From an uncultured candidatus Brocadiaceae bacterium (lineage in GTDB: Bacteria; Planctomycetota; Brocadiia; SM23-32): a stretch of 64,000 bases of DNA. The notes beneath the pieces are model-generated. The model did not search any database. It was not told the origin of the DNA and saw only the letters and a program-made list of their open reading frames with translations. Of the stretch, positions 52,559 to 62,045 are shown one piece after another (the stretch's first letter is position 1; each line of letters begins with the position of its first letter). Position numbers and translations under genes: made by a program. Location of the stretch: contig CAYQXJ010000002.1 of NCBI GenBank assembly GCA_964421565.1, positions 193,793 through 257,792 on the forward strand, given 5' to 3'.

Positions 52559-53797
52559 ATGAGGATACTGGTCGACGAGAACATCCCGATGGCGTACGAA
52601 CTGTTCGGGAGCCTGGGGGAAGTTGTGCTCGTGCCCGGACGCGACGTGGACGCCGGCTTCCCGGGCCTGGAGGACTTCGACGCCCTCGCCATCCGTAGCG
52701 TGACCGCCGTGACTCCCGACCTGGTGGACCGGGCGAAGCGCTGTCGCTTCATCGGCACCGCCACGATCGGCACAGATCACATCGATGATGCTTACATAAA
52801 GGAGGTCAATGCCCGGCGCGCCTGCCGGATAACGGTCGCTTCGGCTCCGGGCTCTAACGCCGCGTCCGTGGCCGACTACGTCTTCTACTCGCTGGCATGG
52901 GTTACGGCTTTGCGTAACGAACCGCTCGGGCAGCGCAGCCTCGGCATCATCGGTCACGGCAACTGCGGGAGCCGCGTGGCAAGGCGCGCGAGGGGGTTCG
53001 GGATGCGAGTTCTGCGGCACGACCCGCCGCTCCAGGAGCGCGAGCCGGCATTCCATTCCGACGGTCTCAAACAGGTGTTGGCCGCCGACTTCATCACCTG
53101 TCACGTGCCACTCACCGGGGCGGGTGAAAGCGAGCATCCCACCTTCCACATGATCGGTGCAGACGCCCTCGCCCTGATGCGGCCTGGCTCCCTGCTGATC
53201 AACAGCTCGCGTGGTGCCGTGGTGGACTCTCGCGCCCTGATCGCCGCCCTCGCGAACGGGCGCATCGATGCCGTGCTGGATGTCTTCGAGGGCGAGCCGA
53301 GGCCTGCGCCGGAGCTGCTGCAATTGCCTCTGATCGCCACCCCACACATCGCGGGCTACGCCGTTGAGGCCAAACGTCGCGGTGCCATTGTCATCTACGA
53401 GGCCCTGTGTCGGGCCTTCGGCGAGGAGCCGATGGACACGGCGCCGCTGCTGATGCAGGGATTCGCCCCGCCCCATGGCCAACAGGTGCGTTTCGACGCG
53501 GCAGGGCCGATGCTGCCCGCGGCGGACAGGGCGGTGTGGGCCCTGTTCGCCCTGCTCCACGACATAGGCCGGACTAGCGACGAGCTGAAGGCGACAATCG
53601 GCGAAGCCGACCGCGGCGCCCTGTTCGACCGGATGCGAAAGCTTTACGCGGAGAACCAGGCGCGGCATGAACTGGCATCGTACAGGGTGCGCGTGGCGGT
53701 CGGCGGCGATCTCGGCCGGGCTGTTGCGCGGCGTCTGGCAGGCTTCGGGACAGTCGTAAAGGACGAGCGCCCGCACTATGTTTTGACGGCGGATTGA
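52559..53797 (+). CDS. pdxB: Erythronate-4-phosphate dehydrogenase (PdxB)-like D-2-hydroxyacid dehydrogenase
   Basis: MRILVDENIPMAYELFGSLGEVVLVPGR parallels E. coli PdxB [22 protein letters not shown]. The GxGxxG motif is GIIGHGNCG, and the catalytic HIAGY motif is present. Confidence 0.7.
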   Translation: MRILVDENIPMAYELFGSLGEVVLVPGRDVDAGFPGLEDFDALAIRSVTAVTPDLVDRAKRCRFIGTATIGTDHIDDAYIKEVNARRACRITVASAPGSNAASVADYVFYSLAWVTALRNEPLGQRSLGIIGHGNCGSRVARRARGFGMRVLRHDPPLQEREPAFHSDGLKQVLAADFITCHVPLTGAGESEHPTFHMIGADALALMRPGSLLINSSRGAVVDSRALIAALANGRIDAVLDVFEGEPRPAPELLQLPLIATPHIAGYAVEAKRRGAIVIYEALCRAFGEEPMDTAPLLMQGFAPPHGQQVRFDAAGPMLPAADRAVWALFALLHDIGRTSDELKATIGEADRGALFDRMRKLYAENQARHELASYRVRVAVGGDLGRAVARRLAGFGTVVKDERPHYVLTAD

Positions 53798-53853
53798 GCA
53801 TCGCCCGTCGGCTCTTGGCTGCCCGACGGGTCAAGCGTTGCGACGCAGCGGGC

Positions 53854-55140
53854 TCATTCGAACTTGTCCCTTGTCGCCCAGAGGCCGAGGGCCGGGTTGC
53901 CGATGTAGAAGAACCCGTCGCTCGGCCCGTCGGGCAGGTTCTCCACGTCGTACTCGCGGATCGCTTCGTGCACGTCGCGCCATTCAAAACCGACGCCTTC
54001 CACCTCCTGCCTCGAAAGCAGAGAAGGGTCGGTTGCGTACACTATGCGGAAACGCCCTTCCGATGAACCGTGGATCAGGTGCGCCGCCGCTGACAGATTG
54101 GCGCGCAGTTCGGCATGTGTGGCGACGGCCCTTAGCGTTGCCGGCGTGCCGCGATACCCGAACCGCCGGATGAGGCGGTCGATCTCAGGGTCCTCGCCGA
54201 ACGTCTTGACGCCCGGGGCGACCACGGTCAGCGTGCCGCCGTCGGCCATGGCCATGCGGGTGCGATAGATCGCCTTGTTCCCTATCCACGTGCTCTTGAA
54301 CTCAGCCGGTTCCAGGTAGGTGACCATCTGCTGCTGCGGTTCCTCGAGCAGCTCGATGTTCACCTGCTGGCTGAGTTCGGCTGCCTGCAGGAAGGTCTGG
54401 TGGTCGTCGCCCACGTAAATGCCGCGCATCACGAGCTTTCCCCCGGCGTCGCGCGCCATGACGGTGAGCACGAAGATGACCCCAAGCTCGCCCAGGTAGT
54501 GCTCAAAGCCCCAGTTGAACACGTCGCGAACGGGCGTTTCGGCGCGGCCCATAATGCGCTCCATGCCGTAGGCCGCGCCCAGGAAATGCGTCCTGTTGAT
54601 GGTATTCTGCCCGCCGGCGCCGACCATGACGTTCTTCACGCCGTTGGCCATGCCCACAACTTCGTGCGGCACCACCTGCCCGATGGAGAAGATGGCCGTG
54701 TAATCGCCCTCGATCAACCGCAGGTTGATCTCCACCGGGATGCCGCAATCCGGCAGATGCTCGCGCAGAACGCCGTCGGAGACCTGGTGCACGTAGTCGG
54801 CGGGCACCACTCCGAGCCGAATCAAGTCCTCGCGCCAGCGATGTTCCTTGAATTGATCGAAGGGGATTTGCGTGCCGAACATCCGCTCCAGAGCGGGCCA
54901 TTCCATGGGGAAATGCGTGCCGAGGGCGGGCATAACGTGGAAGCGCTCGGCCCCCGCCGTCTGCCGGTACAGGATACGGGTCAGGTTGCCGGCGTCGCTG
55001 TAGATGCGTGTGCCGTCCGGCGGCAGGGCGAGAGTGCGCGACGTATCACCCGCCATGTCAATGGCGGCTACAATGGCCTCCGTCTTGGTCTTCTGGGATA
55101 TGACCCGATCGGGCGCGCCTTCGGCGAATATGGTCGTCAT
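53854..55140 (-). CDS. LarA-like (DUF2088 / lactate racemase N-terminal domain) protein
   Basis: 428 aa. VVPHEVVGMANGVKNVMVGAGG resembles the LarA PHxxAGFSGGxK region that carries the cofactor-binding Lys. The call is from memory of that motif only. Confidence 0.45.
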   Translation of the reverse strand: MTTIFAEGAPDRVISQKTKTEAIVAAIDMAGDTSRTLALPPDGTRIYSDAGNLTRILYRQTAGAERFHVMPALGTHFPMEWPALERMFGTQIPFDQFKEHRWREDLIRLGVVPADYVHQVSDGVLREHLPDCGIPVEINLRLIEGDYTAIFSIGQVVPHEVVGMANGVKNVMVGAGGQNTINRTHFLGAAYGMERIMGRAETPVRDVFNWGFEHYLGELGVIFVLTVMARDAGGKLVMRGIYVGDDHQTFLQAAELSQQVNIELLEEPQQQMVTYLEPAEFKSTWIGNKAIYRTRMAMADGGTLTVVAPGVKTFGEDPEIDRLIRRFGYRGTPATLRAVATHAELRANLSAAAHLIHGSSEGRFRIVYATDPSLLSRQEVEGVGFEWRDVHEAIREYDVENLPDGPSDGFFYIGNPALGLWATRDKFE

Positions 55141-55182
55141 AGCGGCTCCTGGTAGTGCGCAGGTCAGGTCCTGGTCTCTGCT

Positions 55183-57756
55183 TCATTCCACTGTGCGGGC
55201 GGTGGCGCGGTTCAGCACGATGCGGCGGCTCGTGGTGACCAGCCCACCTTGCCGAACGCTGGCCATGGGCTCGCCGGTCAGCACGTAGTTGTTAGTCTCA
55301 CGGGTCCATTCCAGCCGGTCGCCGCTTGCTTCCGTCGCCTGCTGTTGCTGCCAGACGACACGTACGGCCCCCTCCGCGACGAGTCTTTCGATCACCGGTT
55401 CCTCATCCTCCTGGCCAGCCTTCATCGTCAATGTAAGTTTCTCGCAGTTCAGCCTTCGCTGCTCGTCGGACACTGCGACGTTTCCCCAGGCCAGGAACTG
55501 GCGGAGCTGGTTGCCTGGGCCGAACACCGCCTCTGCCGACTCGGCATCAAGGCTCCAGGCCTCTTCGCCCGTTGCGCGGAAGGTCACCTCGCCGTCCGAA
55601 CGCGCGTGCCGCAGCTCCCCCGCGTCGTTGACATGTAGCACGAGCTGGGCGCAGTTCATATCCGCCCCCTCCACCTTCACCTCAACGTCTCCCGAGAAGA
55701 CTCCCCGTTGCTCGCCGGAGTCCAGCTCCATCCTGTCTGCCCACCGGATCACGCCCAGGGCGGGCTGGCCTTCAGGCTGGTTGACTTCGAGGTCGCCCGG
55801 CGTCTCGCAGACCACGCGTTGCTCATGGGTCAGTATGCTGATTTCCTCGCCTCTGAGCTGCCATGTGGTGGCTTCGTCGCCTTCGGCCGCCGGCAACGCC
55901 GCTCCGCTCAGCGCCGCGCTGCCTCCCTTGATGCGGACTACTGCCCCGCCGGCCGCCTCCACAACCTTCGGCGCCATCTCGTTGTCGAACCGGATGATGA
56001 CCTCCTCGCCCCGAATGGACTGCTCCCCTTGGGCGGCGGCCACCGAGCCGAGGAAACGGGCTTCTGCGGTTTTACCGGGGCTGTAGTGCATGCTGCGTTC
56101 CCAGCGGACGGTCGTGGTGGTTGCGTCCACGTCGGCGCTCTGCATGCTCAAGGTCCCTGCTGCGGGGCAGCTTAGTGAGCCGTCGGCGTTGTTGAACAAC
56201 ACGCGCGGGGAGACTATGGTGCGGTTGTCCTCAGTGACTGTGACGCTGCCGCCCTCGGAGCCGAGCAGTTGCACGCTCTGCTGAACAGCGTCCCAGACGA
56301 AGCGGTGGCAGTCGGCTGTCCGTTCGTTCGCGCCGTGCGAGTCGTGCAAGAGCACGTTGCCCTCGGCGACGATCTGCTCGATGTCGCCGCCACCCTCGGC
56401 GAAACTCAACTCCAAAGAGTCGCACTCAAGACTGCTGGTCCGCTGTTCGACCACGACATCGCCCGCGAAGCTGGCAAATCGCGACTCGAGGTCGTACGTC
56501 ATGGACTCCGACCACGCTATGCGCACCGGTTCATGGGTGCTCAGCGTCAATGAGCCTTGAGGCAACATCTGTGGCGTCTGTTCGCTCGAGTCTTCCGGGG
56601 GGGACTGTGGCGTCGACCAGAACAACGTGCCGGCGCCTTCGGCATCGAATCGTGTGTTGAGGCGGTAGAATGTGAGGCTCTGCCCCGTGATGCGGAAGTC
56701 CGGGGTCTGCAGGTCGCAGGGGTCCCCGGTCAGAGTGCCCGTCTGCAGCACGTTGTGCCACTCCAGATGCTCGCCCTGCACGATCTGCTCCCTGTACGTC
56801 AGCACGACATCGCGGTCAGCGACGATCCGCGTCACCTCCACGCTGGTTCGACCATTGCTTTCACTGAGCAGCAGCGTCAACTGCTCACAGGACAGCGTGC
56901 GCTCACCGTCGGCGGCTTCGGCGTTGTCGTGGAACACCACCTTGCCAGCGGTATGCTCGTAGGTCATGCGCCCGTCGCATGTTATGACGACGTCGCGGAC
57001 TTGCGAGGCTCCGGCGCTCGCCTCCGGACCGGCGGCCAGGAACTCCGGCGACACGTCATTGAGCCGCGTCTCCACGTTCGAGTGAATGGTCATTGTGCGG
57101 AGGCCGATGTCCACTGAAAGCCCCTGTCCGGTGACGAGCATGTCCGGGGCCGACTGCTCGCGGCCGGCTCCGCGGCGGGTGCGGATCTGCACGGGAGCGT
57201 CAGATGCCAGCGACCCGTCGCCCACATTGTAGACGACTCTGTCCGTGCGCACCTCAAAGCCTTCGCCGGCGGCTCGCACATTCTCCGACAGCCAGACGAC
57301 GCCCCGGTCACGGTCCACGCGCGCTTGGTCGGCCGTCAGCCTCACGTCGCCGAACTGCACGTCGAGCCCTTCGCTGCCCCCCTCGGAGAAGATGGTCGCC
57401 ACGGGCTGAAGGAGGTTGTAGATGTTGCTCTCGGTGTTCACCGACGCGCTTTCCCACCGGATCACCGCCTCTTTGCTCTTCGTCTGCTGGTTGAAGAGCG
57501 GTAGCTCCGACTCGGCGAGCACCAGATGGCTCTCCAGCCCCTCGCCCTGTTCTTCCGGTTCGGCGCGCGTGTCGTCGGCCGTCTCTTGATCGCTTGGCGG
57601 CCGGTTCGCCACACCCGTGGTCGGCACAGGGCGAACCGGCGTGCCGGGTTTTACGATGGAGTATGTGAGCAACATGACTCCTGCCAGCACGCAAACCACA
57701 AGCGCGCCACGCAGAGATATGTGAAAGGCTCTATCGGTCATGCCGGTTACTTTCAC
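55183..57756 (-). CDS. Large hypothetical membrane-anchored periplasmic protein with repeated OstA/LptA-like beta-jellyroll-type segments (inferred)
   Basis: N-terminal TM (ALVVCVLAGVMLLTYSIV). About 800 aa of beta-rich repeats with recurring V..DG.L..D..V motifs. It is the last gene of the tilS / AsmA-like operon. No firm family call. Confidence 0.45.
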   Translation of the reverse strand: MKVTGMTDRAFHISLRGALVVCVLAGVMLLTYSIVKPGTPVRPVPTTGVANRPPSDQETADDTRAEPEEQGEGLESHLVLAESELPLFNQQTKSKEAVIRWESASVNTESNIYNLLQPVATIFSEGGSEGLDVQFGDVRLTADQARVDRDRGVVWLSENVRAAGEGFEVRTDRVVYNVGDGSLASDAPVQIRTRRGAGREQSAPDMLVTGQGLSVDIGLRTMTIHSNVETRLNDVSPEFLAAGPEASAGASQVRDVVITCDGRMTYEHTAGKVVFHDNAEAADGERTLSCEQLTLLLSESNGRTSVEVTRIVADRDVVLTYREQIVQGEHLEWHNVLQTGTLTGDPCDLQTPDFRITGQSLTFYRLNTRFDAEGAGTLFWSTPQSPPEDSSEQTPQMLPQGSLTLSTHEPVRIAWSESMTYDLESRFASFAGDVVVEQRTSSLECDSLELSFAEGGGDIEQIVAEGNVLLHDSHGANERTADCHRFVWDAVQQSVQLLGSEGGSVTVTEDNRTIVSPRVLFNNADGSLSCPAAGTLSMQSADVDATTTTVRWERSMHYSPGKTAEARFLGSVAAAQGEQSIRGEEVIIRFDNEMAPKVVEAAGGAVVRIKGGSAALSGAALPAAEGDEATTWQLRGEEISILTHEQRVVCETPGDLEVNQPEGQPALGVIRWADRMELDSGEQRGVFSGDVEVKVEGADMNCAQLVLHVNDAGELRHARSDGEVTFRATGEEAWSLDAESAEAVFGPGNQLRQFLAWGNVAVSDEQRRLNCEKLTLTMKAGQEDEEPVIERLVAEGAVRVVWQQQQATEASGDRLEWTRETNNYVLTGEPMASVRQGGLVTTSRRIVLNRATARTVE

Positions 57757-57769
57757 TGAGTGCGGATGT

Positions 57770-60544
57770 TCAGGGGGCTACCTGCGTCGGCCCTTCCGGC
57801 CGGCCGTCGCCCAGAATGGGACTGAAGAGCACGGTTCTCAGGCTCCGGATGGGCCAGGTGATCGTGCTGAGCACCTGGGAGCTGAACTGCGGATCATTCC
57901 ACGTGCCGGTGACGTCCACTCGAACCAACTGGCTCTCGATGCCGCGCAGGACCCAGTCTACCAGGGAACTGAGGATGGGTATACCTCGGCCCTCTTCCGG
58001 AGCGCCGAAAGCAACCAGTGTCAGCTTGAGACTTGTGTCGAACCCTATCGTACCGTAGCCACTGATGTTCAGACCGCCTCCCGTGAGCTCGAACTCCTTG
58101 ACCTGGAGCTCCTGACGGTCGATGTCGAAGACAAGGCGGCCTTTCTGGCCCGAGCGCTTGCCGCCTGGGATCTGCAGTCGGAGCACGCCCAGCAGCCTGC
58201 CGAAGAAGGGGGCGTCGAGCAGTTGGCCCTGCTGCAGTTCCACCTGTCCGCGCGCCGTGAAGGAGCGCGCCTGGCCCATGATGCCGCCCACATCCACTGT
58301 GCCGGATATCAGACCGGCCGGCAGCTTCCCGGTGCTCTGCTGAGCTTCAGAGAGTTGCCCGGCCAGGCGTTCCAGGTCCACGTCATGGAACTCGACCGAC
58401 GCCGCGTAGCTGGGGAAATCTGTAGCCGGGCGGAAGTGCGCGACGGCCTGCGCCAGGACCCGCCCGCCGCAGACTATGCCGGAAAGCTCGTTGCTGAACA
58501 TGCGCTCGCCGGTAGCCAGCACAGTCCCCGAGACGGCGCTGATCGGCAGGGGCACCGCCGCCGGCTCCAGGGCGATGTCGAGTAAATCTACGTTCAGAAA
58601 GCAACGAAACGGCTGCGGGTGAGAGCTGTCGTAAAGCACCTGGCCGCCGAACGATGCAACCCCCGCAGGGCGGAACTGCTCCCACAGGCGGTCGCCGATG
58701 CCGGGCACCGATCGGAGCAAGCGCTCGGTGAGCACCACCTCGTGCCCGTCCAGGTGTACGCTCGCATTGCCGTCGGCCAGATCGACTCGGCCGTTCACGC
58801 GCAGAGGGCTCTCCGTGGGCGGCTCCTCTCGCCATTCGTCCCTGACGCGAACGATTCCTCCGACGTCGTCGAACAAAAGCTCGGTGCCCTCCAGGTGCAG
58901 GTTGCCGCTCAGGCCATGGATAACGACGGGCATGAAGTCGAGTTGGCTGCTGCCGTCGAGAACTTGCACCTGGACGGAGGACGGCACAAGGCTGCCGCCT
59001 CCTGCGCTCTCCAGCACGACGTCCGCGTTGATCAGCGCACGGGGACGCACCGATTGCCACACCCGCTCGCCGTATTCCGGTATGGCGAGGATCAGCGATT
59101 CGCTGGTGCGCAGATTCCGCACGGACACCGCCAGTTCGCCGGTAGATTGCGTCAGACTCAGCCGACCGTTGGCGGAGACGTGAGCTGCCGAGGATGCCCC
59201 ATTCTTCTCGCCCGGCTGCACGATCACGCCGTGCACGTTCTGCAGCTCAACCGCCCGCGGATCCACCGCGAGTGTGCCGGCGACCTGCTGCAGCGGCAGC
59301 GGCAATTCCTTCGGGCGCAACGTAGCCGACCGTATGTCGGCCAGCGCTTCGTATGTGAGCTGCTTGGAGCCATCCCTGCGACGGACCATCACGTCCAACC
59401 GGCACATTCCGCTCGGGTTGAGGCGCTCCCACAGGGCCGGTCCGACCTCGGGCACGCCCGCAACGGTCTGCTCGCAGATAGGAACGTCGTCCGCCGAGAT
59501 CTTCAGCGCAACGGGACCGCTGTTCCACAAGTACGTTCCGTCCACGGCTACGTGCGCATGTACAGCCTCGCCCGACTCGTCGCCGAACGCATCGGCCCGC
59601 ACGATGCCTTTGACGCCGCGGAGCGTGATGCCGGAATCGTCGATGATGATGTTGCCCCCGGCGGACTCGACGGGCAGGGGATAGTGCTTGACGGTGGCTG
59701 AGCAGTCGAGCGCGTTGATGACGACGGCCCAGCTCAGCTTACCCTCTTCGCTGCTCGCCACGTGTGCGTCCACCGAAGCGAGTCCGCTCAGCCTGAAGTC
59801 GCGCCATAGCTTGTTGCCACTCGGCACGTAGGGCCACAGGGCCTCGCCCACCTGCATGGCGGAGTTCGCTATGCGCAAATCCATCTGCGGCGGACCGCCC
59901 GGGCGCAGCCATCCGCTCAGCCGCGTGCCACGCAACATCCCGCCCGTGCATTCCCCCTCCAGGCGCCACGTGCCTGCCTCGGGCGTTGCCCGCAGGTGCA
60001 GATGCTCGAAGCGTCTTGCCTGCTGGTTGCCGAAGACCTCGGGCATCACGACCGACAGCGCGGCGTCCTGCAGGGTCACGCCACGGCGCAGCAGGTCGAG
60101 GGCAGGGGCCGCGCCGGCGCCGTCACCTTCGCCGTTCTTCAGACCCAGCTTGTCGAAGTTCCAGGCCCCGCTGTCGTCGTCGCGCACCAGCCGGATCGCG
60201 GGCCGCACCAGCGTTACCTGCTCGGGCACCACCTCTCCGCTGAGCAGGCGGCCGATGTCGATGTCCACGCGCATCCGGTCGACGGTCAACAGCGGTTCCT
60301 GCGTGCCGGGCGGGGATATGCTGATTCCCCAGACGTGCAGCGCGCCAGCGAAGTCCAGCTCTGCGCGTTCGATGGCCAGTTCCGCGTCCACTGACCGGGC
60401 GAACTCGGCCAGGAGTGCCTGGCGCACGTTCTCGGGTGCCACCACGATGCACACGGTCCTCAGCAGCACTCCTGCGACAAGCAGCAGCAGCCCGAGCACG
60501 ATCAGTTTGGTGGCTGTCCAGATGCGCATGGTAGGGGCCTCCAC
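57770..60544 (-). CDS. AsmA/TamB-like giant envelope-biogenesis protein
   Basis: N-terminal TM (LIVLGLLLLVAGVLL), then LTVDRMRVDIDIGRLLSGEV..RPAIRLVRDDDSGAWNF, typical of the AsmA N-terminal region. It is 924 aa and beta-rich, ending in a repetitive C-terminal region. It starts 49 nt after the tilS stop. Confidence 0.5.
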   Translation of the reverse strand: MEAPTMRIWTATKLIVLGLLLLVAGVLLRTVCIVVAPENVRQALLAEFARSVDAELAIERAELDFAGALHVWGISISPPGTQEPLLTVDRMRVDIDIGRLLSGEVVPEQVTLVRPAIRLVRDDDSGAWNFDKLGLKNGEGDGAGAAPALDLLRRGVTLQDAALSVVMPEVFGNQQARRFEHLHLRATPEAGTWRLEGECTGGMLRGTRLSGWLRPGGPPQMDLRIANSAMQVGEALWPYVPSGNKLWRDFRLSGLASVDAHVASSEEGKLSWAVVINALDCSATVKHYPLPVESAGGNIIIDDSGITLRGVKGIVRADAFGDESGEAVHAHVAVDGTYLWNSGPVALKISADDVPICEQTVAGVPEVGPALWERLNPSGMCRLDVMVRRRDGSKQLTYEALADIRSATLRPKELPLPLQQVAGTLAVDPRAVELQNVHGVIVQPGEKNGASSAAHVSANGRLSLTQSTGELAVSVRNLRTSESLILAIPEYGERVWQSVRPRALINADVVLESAGGGSLVPSSVQVQVLDGSSQLDFMPVVIHGLSGNLHLEGTELLFDDVGGIVRVRDEWREEPPTESPLRVNGRVDLADGNASVHLDGHEVVLTERLLRSVPGIGDRLWEQFRPAGVASFGGQVLYDSSHPQPFRCFLNVDLLDIALEPAAVPLPISAVSGTVLATGERMFSNELSGIVCGGRVLAQAVAHFRPATDFPSYAASVEFHDVDLERLAGQLSEAQQSTGKLPAGLISGTVDVGGIMGQARSFTARGQVELQQGQLLDAPFFGRLLGVLRLQIPGGKRSGQKGRLVFDIDRQELQVKEFELTGGGLNISGYGTIGFDTSLKLTLVAFGAPEEGRGIPILSSLVDWVLRGIESQLVRVDVTGTWNDPQFSSQVLSTITWPIRSLRTVLFSPILGDGRPEGPTQVAP

Positions 60545-60592
60545 CCCTCGTCCATGGTAAACCAGCGCCCCTTCTCAAAGCAAGCTGCCGCT

Positions 60593-62041
60593 CTACTCAG
60601 CGGGCAGTTGCCGAGCGCTCAGCCGGACGGCCTCGGCGCCCTGCTGTGGGATGCGGAAGGCGTCTGCCATCCGATATCCCACAACCCATACGATGGTCCC
60701 CTGCGCCGTGACCACCACGGGAACGCGGTCACGAATGTGCAGCGGCACCTTGCAGTCGATGAAGAACTCCTTGAGCCGTCGCGTGCCCGGAGCGCCGAGC
60801 GGGTGGAAGCGGTCCCCCGTCTGGCGAGAGCGCACGAGGAGCCGCTCGCCCAGGAGGTCGCCCCGGGCGTAGATTGTCCGTTCGTCCGACCGGCACTCCG
60901 CCTGTACGGGCGTTATGATGCCGTCAGTGCGCCGGCACTCGATCTGCATCCCTGCTTCCGGCACGGTGACCCGGCCGGGCACAGGCAGCGGCCGCTCCGG
61001 CACACGCCTGCGGGCTTCGGCGCGCCCAAACCAGATGACACCGTGTTCGCGTCGCGCGCGCAGTCCGTGCGGCAGGTCGACGGCATCGCCGACATCCGCT
61101 TCCGCCATGGTGGCGAGCTGGCCGTAGTGCTCTGCGCGCAGCGTGACAGGGCCTGCCGTCAGGTGCCTCAGGGCGTGCTCGCACGCTGCCTTGCGCACTG
61201 CATGTGGTAAGGCCGCGAACCTTTGCGCATCCAGAACCGTTTCGTCCTGCGTCTGCCGCACCAGCAGTTGCAGCCATTGCTCGTCCACGAGCCGTTCAAG
61301 CAGCCGGCGGACTTCGAGGGCGGACTGATTGAGATGGGCGAGGGATTCCGCCGCGAAGGTCGGGAATTCGGCTTCGAGCAGGGGGATGAGCCAGTGTCGG
61401 ACGCGGTTCCGCGTGTGCCGTTCGCTGCGGTTGGTGGCATCCTGTTGGAAGTCCTGACCTACCTGTGCCAGATAGTGCAGCACCTGCTCGCGCCGCACGC
61501 CGAGCAGGGGGCGGATCAGCCGCACGGGCGGTTCGCGGTTGTCGATCGGCCGACTCGGGGGGATGGCGCCGAGCCCGCGTAAGGCCGCCCCTCGCAGCAG
61601 TCGCATCAGGACGGTCTCGGCCACGTCGTCCGCCTGGTGGCCGGTGGCCACGGCGCGGGCGCCGACCTTGCGGGCCAGGCCGGCCAGGAAGCCGTAGCGA
61701 AGCCGTCGCGCCACTTCCTCCTCGCAGCCGCCGTCGCACTCCCTGCTGGCGGCCACGTCGGCATGCTCCACCTCGATGGGCAGGCCGAACTTCTCCGCCA
61801 GCCGCCGACAGAACGCCTCGTCGCGGTCGGCCTCGGCGCCGCGGAGGCCGTGGTTCAGGTGGGCGGCGTGCAGCCGGACGTCGAGCGTCCGGCTATCGCG
61901 CAGCTCGAGGAGCAGACGCAGCAGGGCGACGGAATCTGGCCCGCCGCTGAGGGCGACGAGGACGAGGCCCCCTTCAGAAAGCAACTGATGGCGCCGCAAG
62001 AACTGCGCGACTGTCTCGGCTAACCGGCTCATCTCTGGCAC
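60593..62041 (-). CDS. tilS: tRNA(Ile)-lysidine synthetase
   Basis: PP-loop LVALSGGPDSVALL (SGGxDS), with central and C-terminal TilS domains. 482 aa. Confidence 0.85.
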   Translation of the reverse strand: MPEMSRLAETVAQFLRRHQLLSEGGLVLVALSGGPDSVALLRLLLELRDSRTLDVRLHAAHLNHGLRGAEADRDEAFCRRLAEKFGLPIEVEHADVAASRECDGGCEEEVARRLRYGFLAGLARKVGARAVATGHQADDVAETVLMRLLRGAALRGLGAIPPSRPIDNREPPVRLIRPLLGVRREQVLHYLAQVGQDFQQDATNRSERHTRNRVRHWLIPLLEAEFPTFAAESLAHLNQSALEVRRLLERLVDEQWLQLLVRQTQDETVLDAQRFAALPHAVRKAACEHALRHLTAGPVTLRAEHYGQLATMAEADVGDAVDLPHGLRARREHGVIWFGRAEARRRVPERPLPVPGRVTVPEAGMQIECRRTDGIITPVQAECRSDERTIYARGDLLGERLLVRSRQTGDRFHPLGAPGTRRLKEFFIDCKVPLHIRDRVPVVVTAQGTIVWVVGYRMADAFRIPQQGAEAVRLSARQLPAE

Positions 62042-62045
62042 ACCG

